Positions 18,660 through 28,443 of a stretch of 32,000 bases of DNA are shown here, in pieces. The position numbers were made by a program, and so were the translations under genes. Numbering within the stretch: the first letter of the stretch is position 1; every line of letters begins with the position of its first letter. A model generated the notes under the pieces. The model ran no database searches. It worked only from the letters and a program-made list of their open reading frames with translations, and was not told the origin of the DNA. The DNA is from Planctomycetia bacterium (GTDB taxonomy: Bacteria > Planctomycetota > Brocadiia > Brocadiales > Brocadiaceae): the NCBI GenBank assembly GCA_015075005.1, contig JABTVC010000002.1, forward strand, positions 694,259-726,258, given 5' to 3'.

Positions 18660-20486
18660 ATGTGTGGAATCGTAGGGTATATTGGACATAAAAATGCTGT
18701 CGATGTGCTCCTGAATGGTATTAAAAGACTGGAATATCGCGGGTATGACTCATCCGGAATCGCATTTATTGAAGACGGTATTCTAAAGTGCGAAAAAGCT
18801 GTAGGTAAGATCGCAGAACTAGAGAAGAAGCTCGACGGAAACAATTTCGATACCCATACCGGAATCGTTCACACGCGATGGGCAACGCATGGCGCCCCTA
18901 CCATGGAGAATGCCCATCCTCATCTTGATTGTCATAATGAAATCGCAGTCGTACATAACGGAATTATTGAGAATTACGATTATTTGAAATTAAAACTGGA
19001 ACGGGAAGGGCATGCCTTCAAGAGTGAAACGGATACAGAAGTCCTGGCGCATCTCATAGAGAAGTATTTTACGGGGAACCTTGAAATGGCGGTTATGGAG
19101 GCCTTAAAAGAAGTGGAGGGAACTTACGGCATTGCAGTGATTTCTGTAAAAGACCCAAAAAAAATTGTAGCCGCGCGGAGGGGGTCGCCTTTAGTGCTGG
19201 GAATTGGTAACCAGGAGTATTTTATAACCTCTGATATTTCCGCCTCATTGGTGCATACAAGAGATGTGGTATATCTCGATGATAACGAGCTGGCTATCCT
19301 TACTTTGGACCATTACGAAACCAAGACCATGCAAAACATCCCTACCTATAAAAAGGTGGAAGAGGTGCTGTGGAATATTGACATGATCGAGAAGGGTGGC
19401 TACGAACATTTTATGCTTAAGGAGATCCATGAGCAGCCAGAGGCGTTACGAAATGCTATGCGCGGGAGAATAGAGGGTGATCGTGGTTTGGTTAAACTGG
19501 GTGGATTGATAAGCTGTGAAAAGGAACTCCGTGAGGCTAAACGCATCGTAGTTGTTGCTTGCGGTACATCATGGCATGCAGGGCTTGTGGGTGAATACAT
19601 GCTGGAAGAATTGACGCGTATACCCGTTGAGGTAGAATATGCCTCGGAATTTCGATACCGGAATCCTGTGGTTGAAGAAGGTACTGTAGTGATTGCCATA
19701 AGCCAGTCAGGGGAAACGGCAGATACCCTGGCTGCAATGCGTGAGGCAAGGCACAAGGGTGCAAAGTTGCTTTCCATCTGCAATGTCGTTGGCAGCACCA
19801 TAGCCAGGGAAGCCGATTGCGGGATTTATTTGCACATCGGCCCGGAAATAGGCGTTGCATCCACGAAGGCGTTTACTGCACAGATTACCGTTCTCTATTT
19901 GTTTACCCTTTATATGATGCATCTCAAGTATCCCAATAACCCGCTACCTTACGATATGATTAAGATTATCCTGTCAATGCCCGATAAGATTCAGGCAATT
20001 CTCACAAAGGAAGAGGAGATTGTGGAGCTTGCAAGGATATATAAAGACAGTGAAAATGCCCTTTATTTGGGAAGGGGATACAACTACCCTGTGGCGCTTG
20101 AAGGTGCATTAAAGTTAAAGGAAATATCCTATATTCATGCCGAAGGCTATCCGGCAGCCGAGATGAAGCACGGCCCTATTGCCCTTATTAACAAGGATAT
20201 GCCCGTTGTTTTTATCGCTACAAAAGATAGCGTTTATGGAAAGGTTTTAAGCAATATCGCCGAGGTAAAATCAAGGGGTGGAAGGCTGATTGCAATTGCA
20301 ACTGAAGGAGACGATCAGATTAGAGAAAAAGTTGATCATGTCTTTTATATACCCAGGACTTCCGACTGCCTGACACCGATCCTTTCCGTAATACCGCTGC
20401 AATTAATGGCCTATCATATGGCAGTCATGCGAGGGTGCGATGTCGATAAACCCAGGAATCTTGCGAAAAGTGTAACGGTTGAATAA
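18660..20486 (+). CDS. glmS: Glutamine--fructose-6-phosphate aminotransferase
   Basis: MCGIVGY N-terminal nucleophile, HTRWATHG, two SIS domains (SQSGETADT), and the C-terminal KPRNLAKSVTVE. Confidence 0.97.
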   Translation: MCGIVGYIGHKNAVDVLLNGIKRLEYRGYDSSGIAFIEDGILKCEKAVGKIAELEKKLDGNNFDTHTGIVHTRWATHGAPTMENAHPHLDCHNEIAVVHNGIIENYDYLKLKLEREGHAFKSETDTEVLAHLIEKYFTGNLEMAVMEALKEVEGTYGIAVISVKDPKKIVAARRGSPLVLGIGNQEYFITSDISASLVHTRDVVYLDDNELAILTLDHYETKTMQNIPTYKKVEEVLWNIDMIEKGGYEHFMLKEIHEQPEALRNAMRGRIEGDRGLVKLGGLISCEKELREAKRIVVVACGTSWHAGLVGEYMLEELTRIPVEVEYASEFRYRNPVVEEGTVVIAISQSGETADTLAAMREARHKGAKLLSICNVVGSTIAREADCGIYLHIGPEIGVASTKAFTAQITVLYLFTLYMMHLKYPNNPLPYDMIKIILSMPDKIQAILTKEEEIVELARIYKDSENALYLGRGYNYPVALEGALKLKEISYIHAEGYPAAEMKHGPIALINKDMPVVFIATKDSVYGKVLSNIAEVKSRGGRLIAIATEGDDQIREKVDHVFYIPRTSDCLTPILSVIPLQLMAYHMAVMRGCDVDKPRNLAKSVTVE

Positions 20487-20523
20487 TGCCTCAAATTTGA
20501 TAGGCAATGACTACCCTCCCCGC

Positions 20524-22013
20524 TTAACGGCGCCGTGATCCGCCGAGGATACTGCCCAGCACGCCACGTAATATCTGACGGCCAATCTGGCTGCCGACGG
20601 TACGGGCGGCCTGCCTGGCCACGGTTTCCGCCAGGCCCTGGCGTCGTTTTGTGCCCCACAGCAATTCTCCCAAGCGTCCTCCTCCTTCAGACTTTGTACC
20701 TGCCCGGGCTTGGCCAGACCGGGCCACGGAGGCGTCTCTTGATGTAGTCCTCCGGCTCAGGATCTCGTAAGCAGACTCGCGGTTTATGCGATAGTCGTAC
20801 TTGCAGCCTACCGGGCTGCGTGCCCGCACCGCTGAGCGTTCATCAGGCGTAATCGCCCCAATACGGCAGCGTGGCGGACAAATCAGGGTGCGCTCCACCG
20901 GCATTGGCACACCATTCTCCTGAAGGGTAGATACCAGGGCCTCGCCGATTCCGAGCTGGGAAATGACCCTGGCAACGTTGAGCCTGGGGTTGGTAACGAA
21001 GGTTTCCGCTGCGGTGCGCACCGCCTTTTGATCACGCGGGGTATAGGCGCGCAGCGCGTGCTGGATGCGGTTCCCAAGCTGTCCGAGGATATTGTTCGGT
21101 ACGTCGTCCGGGAACTGAGAGCAGAAGTACACGCCTACGCCCCTGGACCTGATAATCCGCACGACCTGTTCCACCCGCTGGCGCAGCACCGGCGGAGCGT
21201 CATCGAACAACAAGTGGGCCTCATCGAAGAAGAACACCAGCCTGGGCTTGTCGGGGTCTCCCACCTCGGGCAAGCTCTCGAACAGCTCCGACAGCAGCCA
21301 CAGCAGAAAGCTCGAATACAGACGTGGTTTCAGGATGAGTTGGTCGGCGGCAAGGATGTTAACAATGCCGCGGCCGCCGAGATCGGTGCGCAGAAGGTCG
21401 GCGAGTTCCAGCGCCGGCTCGCCAAACAAGGCCTCCCCTCCTTCCCGTTCCAGTGTCAACAGTGATCGCTGCACGGCAGCCACGGACTGTGTGCTTACCA
21501 GGCCGTACTGCGTTGATACCTCCTTGCGATTATCAGAGACGAACCCAGGAGGGCGCGCAGGTCGTCGAGGTCAAGCAGTAACAGGGCCTGGTCATCCGCC
21601 AGTTTAAAGGCGATCTCGAGCACGCCTGCCTGAGTGTCGTTGAGCTCAAGGATCCTGCTCAGCAGGGTCGGGCCAATTTCGCTGATCGTCGTACGTACCG
21701 GATGGCCTGCCTTGCCGTACAAGTCCCAGAACAACACCGGGCTGGCCTCGTGGGTGTAATCCCCGATGCCGATCTGCCCGGCGCGTTGTTGTATCTTCTC
21801 GCTGGTAGAACCGGCCAGCGCCAGGCCGGCGACATCACCCTTTACGTCGGCCATGAACACCGGCACGCCCAGACGTGAAAAGCCTTCCGCCAGCACGAGC
21901 AGTGAAATGGTCTTGCCGGTGCCGGTGGCGCCGGCGATCAGTCCATGGCGGTTACCGTACTTGGCGAGCAAGTGGACAGGCTGTTCACCCTTGCCGATGA
22001 GTATTTGATTCAC
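20524..22013 (-). pseudogene. DUF853/YjgR-type HerA-FtsK-like P-loop NTPase, with one frameshift near 21540-21553; a GC-rich foreign-looking gene
   Basis: AAGGAGG then 6 nt then GTG (reverse complement of 22011-22013). Motifs: [15 protein letters not shown] (Walker A), [30 protein letters not shown] (Walker B), and a C-terminal GSQIGRQILRGVLGSILGG tail. The N- and C-terminal halves join as ..[22 protein letters not shown].. only if one base is restored. Confidence 0.8.
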
Positions 22014-22436
22014 GTACAACCTCCTTATGGAAAAATGCAGTTGATGTTCCCGTAAGACAGCAAGGCGGAGTACACGTTCCTTCTTGTTCTGGCTCCAGTC
22101 GTCGCCCAACGTAGTATTTGGGTGATCGTATGTCTTCCATTATTCCTTGTCCATCCAATTCCACCATTCAATTTACCTGGATCATGCTCTTCATGGTTTG
22201 TGTAGTATAGTAACAAAATTACAGGTGCAATTTCAACCTTTGACCGAATGATATTTAAAAAGCATATGTTGCAATTTTTAAAAAGGAATAGGCCGAAATG
22301 TAATTGTTTGTAGCTTTTTATGTATCATGTTGTTATTGTAATAAAAACAGATCAGGGAAATGAAAAGGCAGGAAAAGCAGTATGATTATGTTTGTGGCGT
22401 TGGTCGCAAGATTAACTTAAGCGACGGTAAACATGT

Positions 22437-23816
22437 ATGGAAATTCATTGGTTAATTATTGCAATGGTTACCGGGGTTCTGGTGGGGGCCGTTATTACCT
22501 GGCTGCTCTGCAGGGCACGCATCGTAACGCTCAGCGAGCAATATATCGCAACTCAACAGGATATGGCACATGCACGGGCCGATCTTGATCTGAAGAGCGA
22601 AACAATTTCTCAACTTAACCAGTCGATCGTGCGACTGGAGACCACTCTCGAACACGAGCGTAAGGCCGCGTATGAAAAACTGAACATCCTTAATGACGCC
22701 ACTCTGAAGCTGGGCGATGCCTTTAAAGCACTTTCATCAGAAGCGCTGAGGAGTAACAACCAGTCCTTTCTGGAGTTGGCAAAAATTACCCTGGAAAAAT
22801 ATCAAACTGAGGCAAAGGGAGACCTCGAACAGAGACAGAAGGCCGTTGAGCAACTCGTCACACCGATCAGGCAATCCCTGGAAAAGGTAGACACCCAGAT
22901 TCAGGAGTTAGAAAAGGCTCGCATGCAAGCTTACGGAAGTCTCACGGAGCAAGTTAAATCTCTTGTCTATACACAGGAGAAGTTGCAGTCTGAAACGGGC
23001 AATCTGGTTAAGGCGCTTCGGGCGCCGACGGTGCGGGGTAATTGGGGGGAGATACAACTCAAACGGGTAGTTGAAATTGCCGGTATGCTGGAACACTGTG
23101 ATTTTTACCAACAGCAAACGGTAACAACGGAGGATGGACGATTGCGACCCGATATGCTTGTGCGGCTACCCGGAGGGAAAAATATTGTTGTTGACGCAAA
23201 GACACCCCTTCATTCGTATCTTGATGCATTGGAATCTCCAACAGAAGAACTGCGCTTGTCGAAGCTTAATGCCCATGCACAGCAGATTCGGACTCATGTG
23301 GCAAAGCTGAGCGCAAAATCTTACTGGGAACAATTTCAACCTACACCAGAATTCGTAGTTCTTTTTCTGCCGGGTGAAACGTTTTTCAGCGCAGCACTTG
23401 AGTCGGATCCGGCACTGATTGAGGAAGGTGCGAAACAGCAGGTCATCCTGGCAACACCAACAACTCTGATCGCACTCCTGCGCGCCGTGCACTATGGCTG
23501 GCGACAGGAACAGGTGTCTGAAAACACCAGGAAAATTAGCGACCTCGGCCAGGAACTCCACGAACGCATCGCCACAATGGTCGAACATCTCGCGAGACTC
23601 GGTGGATCTCTTGGAAAGGCTGTGGAGGCGTTTAATGCGGCAATAGCATCCTTCGAAGGACGCGTGCTCCCGTCCGCAAGAAAGTTTGCGGTGCTTGGTG
23701 CCGGAAGTAAGAAGGAGATCGGGGAGCTTACCCCACTCGATAAAAACACCAGGATTCTTATGGAAATGCAAAGCGAACAAGATCCAGCCTTACCTGTTCC
23801 TCCGGGTCTAAAGTAA
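22437..23816 (+). CDS. rmuC: DNA recombination protein RmuC
   Basis: N-terminal TM helix (WLIIAMVTGVLVGAVITWLL), a long coiled coil, then the nuclease-like core RPDMLVRLPGGKNIVVDAKTPL and VVLFLPGE..ILATPTTLIALLR. Confidence 0.88.
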   Translation: MEIHWLIIAMVTGVLVGAVITWLLCRARIVTLSEQYIATQQDMAHARADLDLKSETISQLNQSIVRLETTLEHERKAAYEKLNILNDATLKLGDAFKALSSEALRSNNQSFLELAKITLEKYQTEAKGDLEQRQKAVEQLVTPIRQSLEKVDTQIQELEKARMQAYGSLTEQVKSLVYTQEKLQSETGNLVKALRAPTVRGNWGEIQLKRVVEIAGMLEHCDFYQQQTVTTEDGRLRPDMLVRLPGGKNIVVDAKTPLHSYLDALESPTEELRLSKLNAHAQQIRTHVAKLSAKSYWEQFQPTPEFVVLFLPGETFFSAALESDPALIEEGAKQQVILATPTTLIALLRAVHYGWRQEQVSENTRKISDLGQELHERIATMVEHLARLGGSLGKAVEAFNAAIASFEGRVLPSARKFAVLGAGSKKEIGELTPLDKNTRILMEMQSEQDPALPVPPGLK

Positions 23817-23866
23817 AATAGCGAGATACACTCCTTTCTGTCATAATCAAACGGGTTAAATATCGC

Positions 23867-23895
23867 TTGACATCTTTTTATTGCCATGATTTAAT
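23867..23895 (+). promoter_or_regulatory. Candidate sigma-70 promoter for the DUF481 gene
   Basis: TTGACA (23867-23872), a 17-nt spacer, then TTTAAT (23890-23895). AAAGGAGAG lies just before ATG 23944. Confidence 0.4.
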
Positions 23896-23943
23896 GTTCC
23901 GTTTTAACGTATTTTTTGTGATTTTTTCTATAAAAGGAGAGAT

Positions 23944-24798
23944 ATGCGTCTTACGGTGACTGATAAGATAACAGATATTTATCCTCAGGCGAAAATCACC
24001 AGTCCTGTGGTTCAGCCAGAAGCCGGGCAGGCAAAGCAGGTGGCACAAGCGGAACAGCAGGCAAAGCCCGTGGCAGACGCACCAGCACCAGAGGCAAAGG
24101 CCGCAACTCCCGATGCAGTTCCTGCCCCACAGAGAACGTGGAAAGGACATGTTGACGCAGGTATAAATATGAAGGATGGAAATACAGAGTCAACAACAAC
24201 TCACGTAAAAGGCGGGTACGCCAATGAAAGAAAAGCAGACAATATATTTTTCGATGCCCTGGCTCTTTATGAAACGATAACTGAAAAAAATGCTGATGAA
24301 GACACAGAGATTGTCAATGAGCAACGAGCGACTGGCAAGTACGAATACAAGCACTCGCCCAGATTTTATTCGTTTTTCAATCAGTATTTTGAACATGACG
24401 AGATCGAACAATTAAATTACCGGTCTATTTCATCGCCAGGTGCTGGTTACCGGCTTGTCGAAAGCGAGAAGTTAAAATATAAAGTGGAAGCGGGGCCTTC
24501 TTATACCCTTGAAAAATACCATGGGGGAATATCTGACGATTTTTTGGGTGTAAGGGTTGGTCAATATTTCGATTGGCTCCTGTTGCAGGATACAAAATTT
24601 TATGCAAAGAATGCATATATACAAAGTGTTGAAAATAGTGAATATTGGCGATTGGATTCGGGTCTGGGGGCGCGGCATAACCTGACGAAGTCAATTGCCC
24701 TGAGCCTGGAATTACTCCATCAGTATAATAATGCACCGCCTGAGGGGAACCAAAAGGACGACACAACAATAATCGGTAGCATTGGGTATAATTTTTAG
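23944..24798 (+). CDS. DUF481 (YdiY-like) putative outer-membrane beta-barrel protein with a low-complexity N-terminus
   Basis: WKGHVDAGINMKDGNTESTT.., alternating amphipathic strands, and a ..GSIGYNF aromatic C-terminus. The N-terminal ~65 aa are rich in A, Q, P and K, with no hydrophobic signal sequence. Confidence 0.55.
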   Translation: MRLTVTDKITDIYPQAKITSPVVQPEAGQAKQVAQAEQQAKPVADAPAPEAKAATPDAVPAPQRTWKGHVDAGINMKDGNTESTTTHVKGGYANERKADNIFFDALALYETITEKNADEDTEIVNEQRATGKYEYKHSPRFYSFFNQYFEHDEIEQLNYRSISSPGAGYRLVESEKLKYKVEAGPSYTLEKYHGGISDDFLGVRVGQYFDWLLLQDTKFYAKNAYIQSVENSEYWRLDSGLGARHNLTKSIALSLELLHQYNNAPPEGNQKDDTTIIGSIGYNF

Positions 24799-24910
24799 TT
24801 AGCCTGCGAGGGGATCGGTGTCAGGTCTTGCTGTTTGCTGTTTTGTAACTACCGGGGCGAAGCCGCGGACTGATACTTTTGGAGAAATTTTGATAGGCTT
24901 ATTATTACTT

Positions 24911-26005
24911 ATGGAAAATACTGATACGTTAACACCCATTTTAAATCAGGCATTAGATTGTGTAGGCAGGGGGATTATGATCCAGGACATAAACCGGCGG
25001 GTGGTATTCTTTAATCACGCCTGCGAAGAGATAACGAAATGGTCAAGGAAAGATATTATTGGAAAGGATTGTGGTGATGTCTTTGTATGTCATACTTCTA
25101 CGGGTATGTGTTTAACGGAAAAATTTTGCCCCGGTATGGAGGTTTTTCATGGTGGGCATTGTAAAGGTTCAAGGGAACTTCTGATCAGGCGGGGCGATGG
25201 GAGTGAATCCTGGGCAAAAATGAGTGTTTCTCCTATGAGAAATAGTGAAGGGATGACAACACATATCGTTTCAGTTATTGAGGATATGAGTGACGTGAAA
25301 AGATTTTCTGACGAGGTCACCAGGTCAAAGACCTTATCCACGCTAGGCGCATTTGCTGCAGAACTGGCGCATGAGGTTAAAAATCCTTTAAATGCAATGA
25401 ATATTCAAATGACGGTACTGGAGCGCGAAATACAAGATATACAAAAACTGAGCGGTAAGGCAAAAAAGGAATTGATTGAAATTGTTTCGCTGGTTCGGAA
25501 GGAACTTCACCGTTTGAGTGGGTTTGTTGAAGAATGTTTGCATTTTTCGAAAACGGGAGAACTCAACAAAAGCATTGTTGATGCGGGCGATGTCCTCAAC
25601 GAGATTGTTTCCCTTCTCCTGCCACAGGCACAATTGCAGGGTATCCAAATCGAACCGGACATAACGAATGGGCTACCCAAAGTGATGGTGGACAGGGATA
25701 AGATAAAGCAGACACTCCTGAATATCCTTATTAATGGTATCGAGGCAATGCCGGATGGGGGAAAATTACAAGTAAGTGCAAAACACATTGGACAGGAAAT
25801 ATGGATTTCCTGTCAGGATACCGGGACGGGCATACCGGATGAGATCAAAGATAAAATCTTCAACCTGTTTTATACCACCAAGGATGGGGGTACAGGGATA
25901 GGACTTTCCTTTGCACAAAACATTGTCCAGGCACATGGAGGCCTAATACGGTTAGAGCAAACCCACAAAGGTAGTAAATTTGTGATTGCGATTCCAATAC
26001 ATTAA
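24911..26005 (+). CDS. Cytoplasmic PAS sensor histidine kinase (NtrB-like)
   Basis: PAS domain (IMIQDINRRVVFFNHACEEITKWSRKDIIGKDC..), H-box ELAHEVKNPLNAM, N-box LLNILINGIEAM, G-boxes QDTGTGIPDE and GTGIGLS. No TM segment. Start chosen at ATG 24911; the track's ORF starts upstream at 24818. Confidence 0.88.
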   Translation: MENTDTLTPILNQALDCVGRGIMIQDINRRVVFFNHACEEITKWSRKDIIGKDCGDVFVCHTSTGMCLTEKFCPGMEVFHGGHCKGSRELLIRRGDGSESWAKMSVSPMRNSEGMTTHIVSVIEDMSDVKRFSDEVTRSKTLSTLGAFAAELAHEVKNPLNAMNIQMTVLEREIQDIQKLSGKAKKELIEIVSLVRKELHRLSGFVEECLHFSKTGELNKSIVDAGDVLNEIVSLLLPQAQLQGIQIEPDITNGLPKVMVDRDKIKQTLLNILINGIEAMPDGGKLQVSAKHIGQEIWISCQDTGTGIPDEIKDKIFNLFYTTKDGGTGIGLSFAQNIVQAHGGLIRLEQTHKGSKFVIAIPIH

Positions 26006-26095
26006 GTACGGACAAACAAGTATGTCCGTGCCACCCTTGTAACTTTGAAATTCCTGTACATTAAAACAGGAGGGGAGGCTTTTCAAACAACTTCT

Positions 26096-27442
26096 ATGGC
26101 AAAACCAAAATTATTACTCGTAGATGACGACAAAACTGCACTTGATGGACTGGTAAAGATATTGACACGTGACGGGTATCCTGTCACCGGTGTCTTGTCT
26201 GGCTATGAGGCCTTACATCTACTCTCCAGGAAAAGCTTTGACATCATTGTGACAGACATGAAGTTGCCCGGGATGGGGGGATTGTCCCTGGTCCGTGAAT
26301 TACGGAAGAAGGAAGAATCGGTGGCACTTGTGGTCATTACAGCCTATAGCTCCGTAAAAACCGCCGTGGAGGCTATAAAATGCGGGGCAGACGATTACCT
26401 GACGAAGCCGGTAAACACTGAAGAGTTAGTAATGGTATTGGAAAAGCTGTGGGAAAAACAGCAGTTAATTGTTCAAAACCGGCTATTAAAGGAGAAATTA
26501 AAGGAGAAATATAAATCTTCCGAACTGGTTGGGAGTACTCCACAGATGCATCGTATATTTAAAATGATCGAAGACGTTGCTCCCAGCATGGCATCAATCC
26601 TGATCCTGGGAGAAACGGGGACAGGAAAAGAACTCGTGGCCAATGCTATTCATTGCCAAAGTGATAGGGTGTGTATGCCTTTTGTGGCACTGCATTGTGC
26701 AGCCTTATCGGAAGGTGTGCTGGAAAGCGAGCTCTTTGGTCATGAAAAAGGGGCATTTACGGGGGCCGTACAGTTGAGGAAAGGGAGATTTGAACTGGCT
26801 GACGGCGGTACATTTTTTTTGGATGAAGTGGGTGAGATGAGCTTAAAGGTACAGGTTAAACTGCTTCGTGTTTTAGAAAAAGGTGAGTTTGAGCGTGTCG
26901 GCGGAGAAAAGACGATAAAGGTAGACGTAAGGCTGATTGCAGCAACCAACCGGGATCTTGAAAGAGAAGTTTCCGAGGGAAGATTCAGGGAAGATTTATT
27001 TTATCGCTTAAATGTGATAACGATCCATTTACCGCCGTTAAGGGAAAGGAGAGAGGACATCCCCCTTCTCTCAAACTTCTTTGTCATCAAATATGCAAAG
27101 AAGTATAAAAAGGAGATTGAAGGTTTTGCCCCTGCAGCAATCGGGGTGCTGTGCGCATATCACTGGCCAGGGAATGTAAGAGAACTGGAAAATGTCATTG
27201 AAAGGTCTATCGTGCTCTGTAAAAAAAGTGTGATTACCGTAGATTATTTACCAAAAAATATCGTTCCAAACAAGGAAGATATATCAACGATTAAAATCCC
27301 CCTGGGCACTTCGTTAAAAGAAGCCGAAAAAGAGATTATCCGGAAGACACTATCCATGACAAACGGGAGCAAAAGGGAAGCCGCGAAAATACTGGGGATA
27401 TCCAGCAGAAAGATTGAGTATAAAGTAAAAGAATGGGGTTAG
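26096..27442 (+). CDS. Sigma-54-dependent response regulator (NtrC family: REC, AAA+, Fis-type HTH)
   Basis: REC with LLVDDD and DIIVTDMKLPGMGG, Walker A GETGTGKE, sigma-54 contact loop ESELFGHEKGAFTGA, FFLDEVGE, RFREDLFYRLNV, C-terminal HTH GSKREAAKILGISSRKIEYKV. Start chosen at MAKPKLLLVDDD. Confidence 0.92.
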   Translation: MAKPKLLLVDDDKTALDGLVKILTRDGYPVTGVLSGYEALHLLSRKSFDIIVTDMKLPGMGGLSLVRELRKKEESVALVVITAYSSVKTAVEAIKCGADDYLTKPVNTEELVMVLEKLWEKQQLIVQNRLLKEKLKEKYKSSELVGSTPQMHRIFKMIEDVAPSMASILILGETGTGKELVANAIHCQSDRVCMPFVALHCAALSEGVLESELFGHEKGAFTGAVQLRKGRFELADGGTFFLDEVGEMSLKVQVKLLRVLEKGEFERVGGEKTIKVDVRLIAATNRDLEREVSEGRFREDLFYRLNVITIHLPPLRERREDIPLLSNFFVIKYAKKYKKEIEGFAPAAIGVLCAYHWPGNVRELENVIERSIVLCKKSVITVDYLPKNIVPNKEDISTIKIPLGTSLKEAEKEIIRKTLSMTNGSKREAAKILGISSRKIEYKVKEWG

Positions 27443-27622
27443 TAGCGAAATTTTTTCAAGCCTTTTTTAGCAGCCATATCTCAGTTCCGCAAATTTTTCG
27501 TTTAAAACGTATTTCCATCGAATCATTGTTGTAGCCTACCCCCCATCTGCCAAAACCATAAACAATTCCAATACATATCAGAATAAGCAGTTATAACTTT
27601 TTTGTGATTATTGGCTTCCGGT

Positions 27623-27638
27623 TGGCATCAAGTTTGTT
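27623..27638 (+). promoter_or_regulatory. Candidate sigma-54 (-24/-12) promoter
   Basis: TGGCAT-caagt-TTGTT against the consensus TGGCAC-N5-TTGCW, with correct spacing. The -12 GC reads GT. It lies about 80 nt upstream of ATG 27718 and directly downstream of the NtrC-type activator gene. Confidence 0.4.
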
Positions 27639-27717
27639 TTATAAGAGAATCAGTTGTGCTTCAAATATTTTAGATAAACTTTTTTTTAACGTTTTTTGAA
27701 GGAGGAGTAAAATAATT

Positions 27718-28371
27718 ATGTCGATTATGTCAGAAGCTTATATGAAGATGTTTCCGATGGAAGCAGAGAAGAAGCTCTCTGCTGGCAAGCGCAATCCTGT
27801 TTTGGACGTCCCTGAATTTAATAAGGCATGGAATCTCTACAGGGATACGAGTTTGGACATCATGAAGCGTTACGAGTACATGGCGCAGTGTGTAAACTTC
27901 ACAGATAAAGACACGGAGGCTATTAAGGAATCAAAGGATATTATCGTTGCAAACCTGAAGGCAATCCTTGATCACATCTATTATGAAAAACTCATAAATG
28001 ATCCATGGTTATCCAGATGGTTTAGAGGCGACGATGGTAAAATAGCCAAAGAATATGTTGATATCAGAAGGGCAAGGCAACAAAGGTTCCTTGTTAAGAT
28101 ATTGGAGTGTAAATGGGATGAAGAGTTCTGGAATTTTGTGCGCTGGGTAGGTGCTGTCCATGTGCCGATCTTTGGCTTTGAGGATCTTTATATACCTATA
28201 CGGTTGAATCTTGCTTTGTGGGGATACATACACCAATATCTCTTTAACCTCTTTGCCCAGGAATTAAAAAATGACCCGGAAAAACTACGCAGGATAACAA
28301 CTGCATGGACAAAACTTTTCTGGATAATCATAGACATGTATCACATTGACTATTTTGGCCCATGGATGTAA
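27718..28371 (+). CDS. Stand-alone protoglobin / globin-coupled-sensor-type globin domain protein (217 aa)
   Basis: The pattern matches the sensor-globin family: VNFTDKDTEAIKESKDIIVANLKAILDHIYYEKLINDPWLSRWF, ..ARQQRFLVKILECKWDEEFWNFVRWVGAVHVPI (candidate proximal His), then YIPIRLNLALWGYIHQYL. No output domain. Assigned from remembered family patterns, not from a search. Confidence 0.55.
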   Translation: MSIMSEAYMKMFPMEAEKKLSAGKRNPVLDVPEFNKAWNLYRDTSLDIMKRYEYMAQCVNFTDKDTEAIKESKDIIVANLKAILDHIYYEKLINDPWLSRWFRGDDGKIAKEYVDIRRARQQRFLVKILECKWDEEFWNFVRWVGAVHVPIFGFEDLYIPIRLNLALWGYIHQYLFNLFAQELKNDPEKLRRITTAWTKLFWIIIDMYHIDYFGPWM

Positions 28372-28443
28372 TAAAGCTACCTTCTTTAATAAAAGAAAAG
28401 TAAGGATGTTGTTTTAAACGCAGGTTGTTTTTTAGGCAGATGT

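Noticed and set aside
20487-20506. Bidirectional terminator between glmS and the DUF853 gene (tgcct-N10-aggca)
   Set aside because: The stem is only 5 bp, the loop is AT-rich and there is no U-tract. It is too weak to call.
21028-21607. 145-aa and 119-aa ORFs on the plus strand
   Set aside because: They lie inside the GC-rich DUF853 gene. High GC depletes stop codons in all frames, and the sequences are Arg/Ala/Pro-rich nonsense.
23166-23887. 204-aa and 131-aa ORFs on the minus strand
   Set aside because: They are antisense to rmuC, with no motifs.
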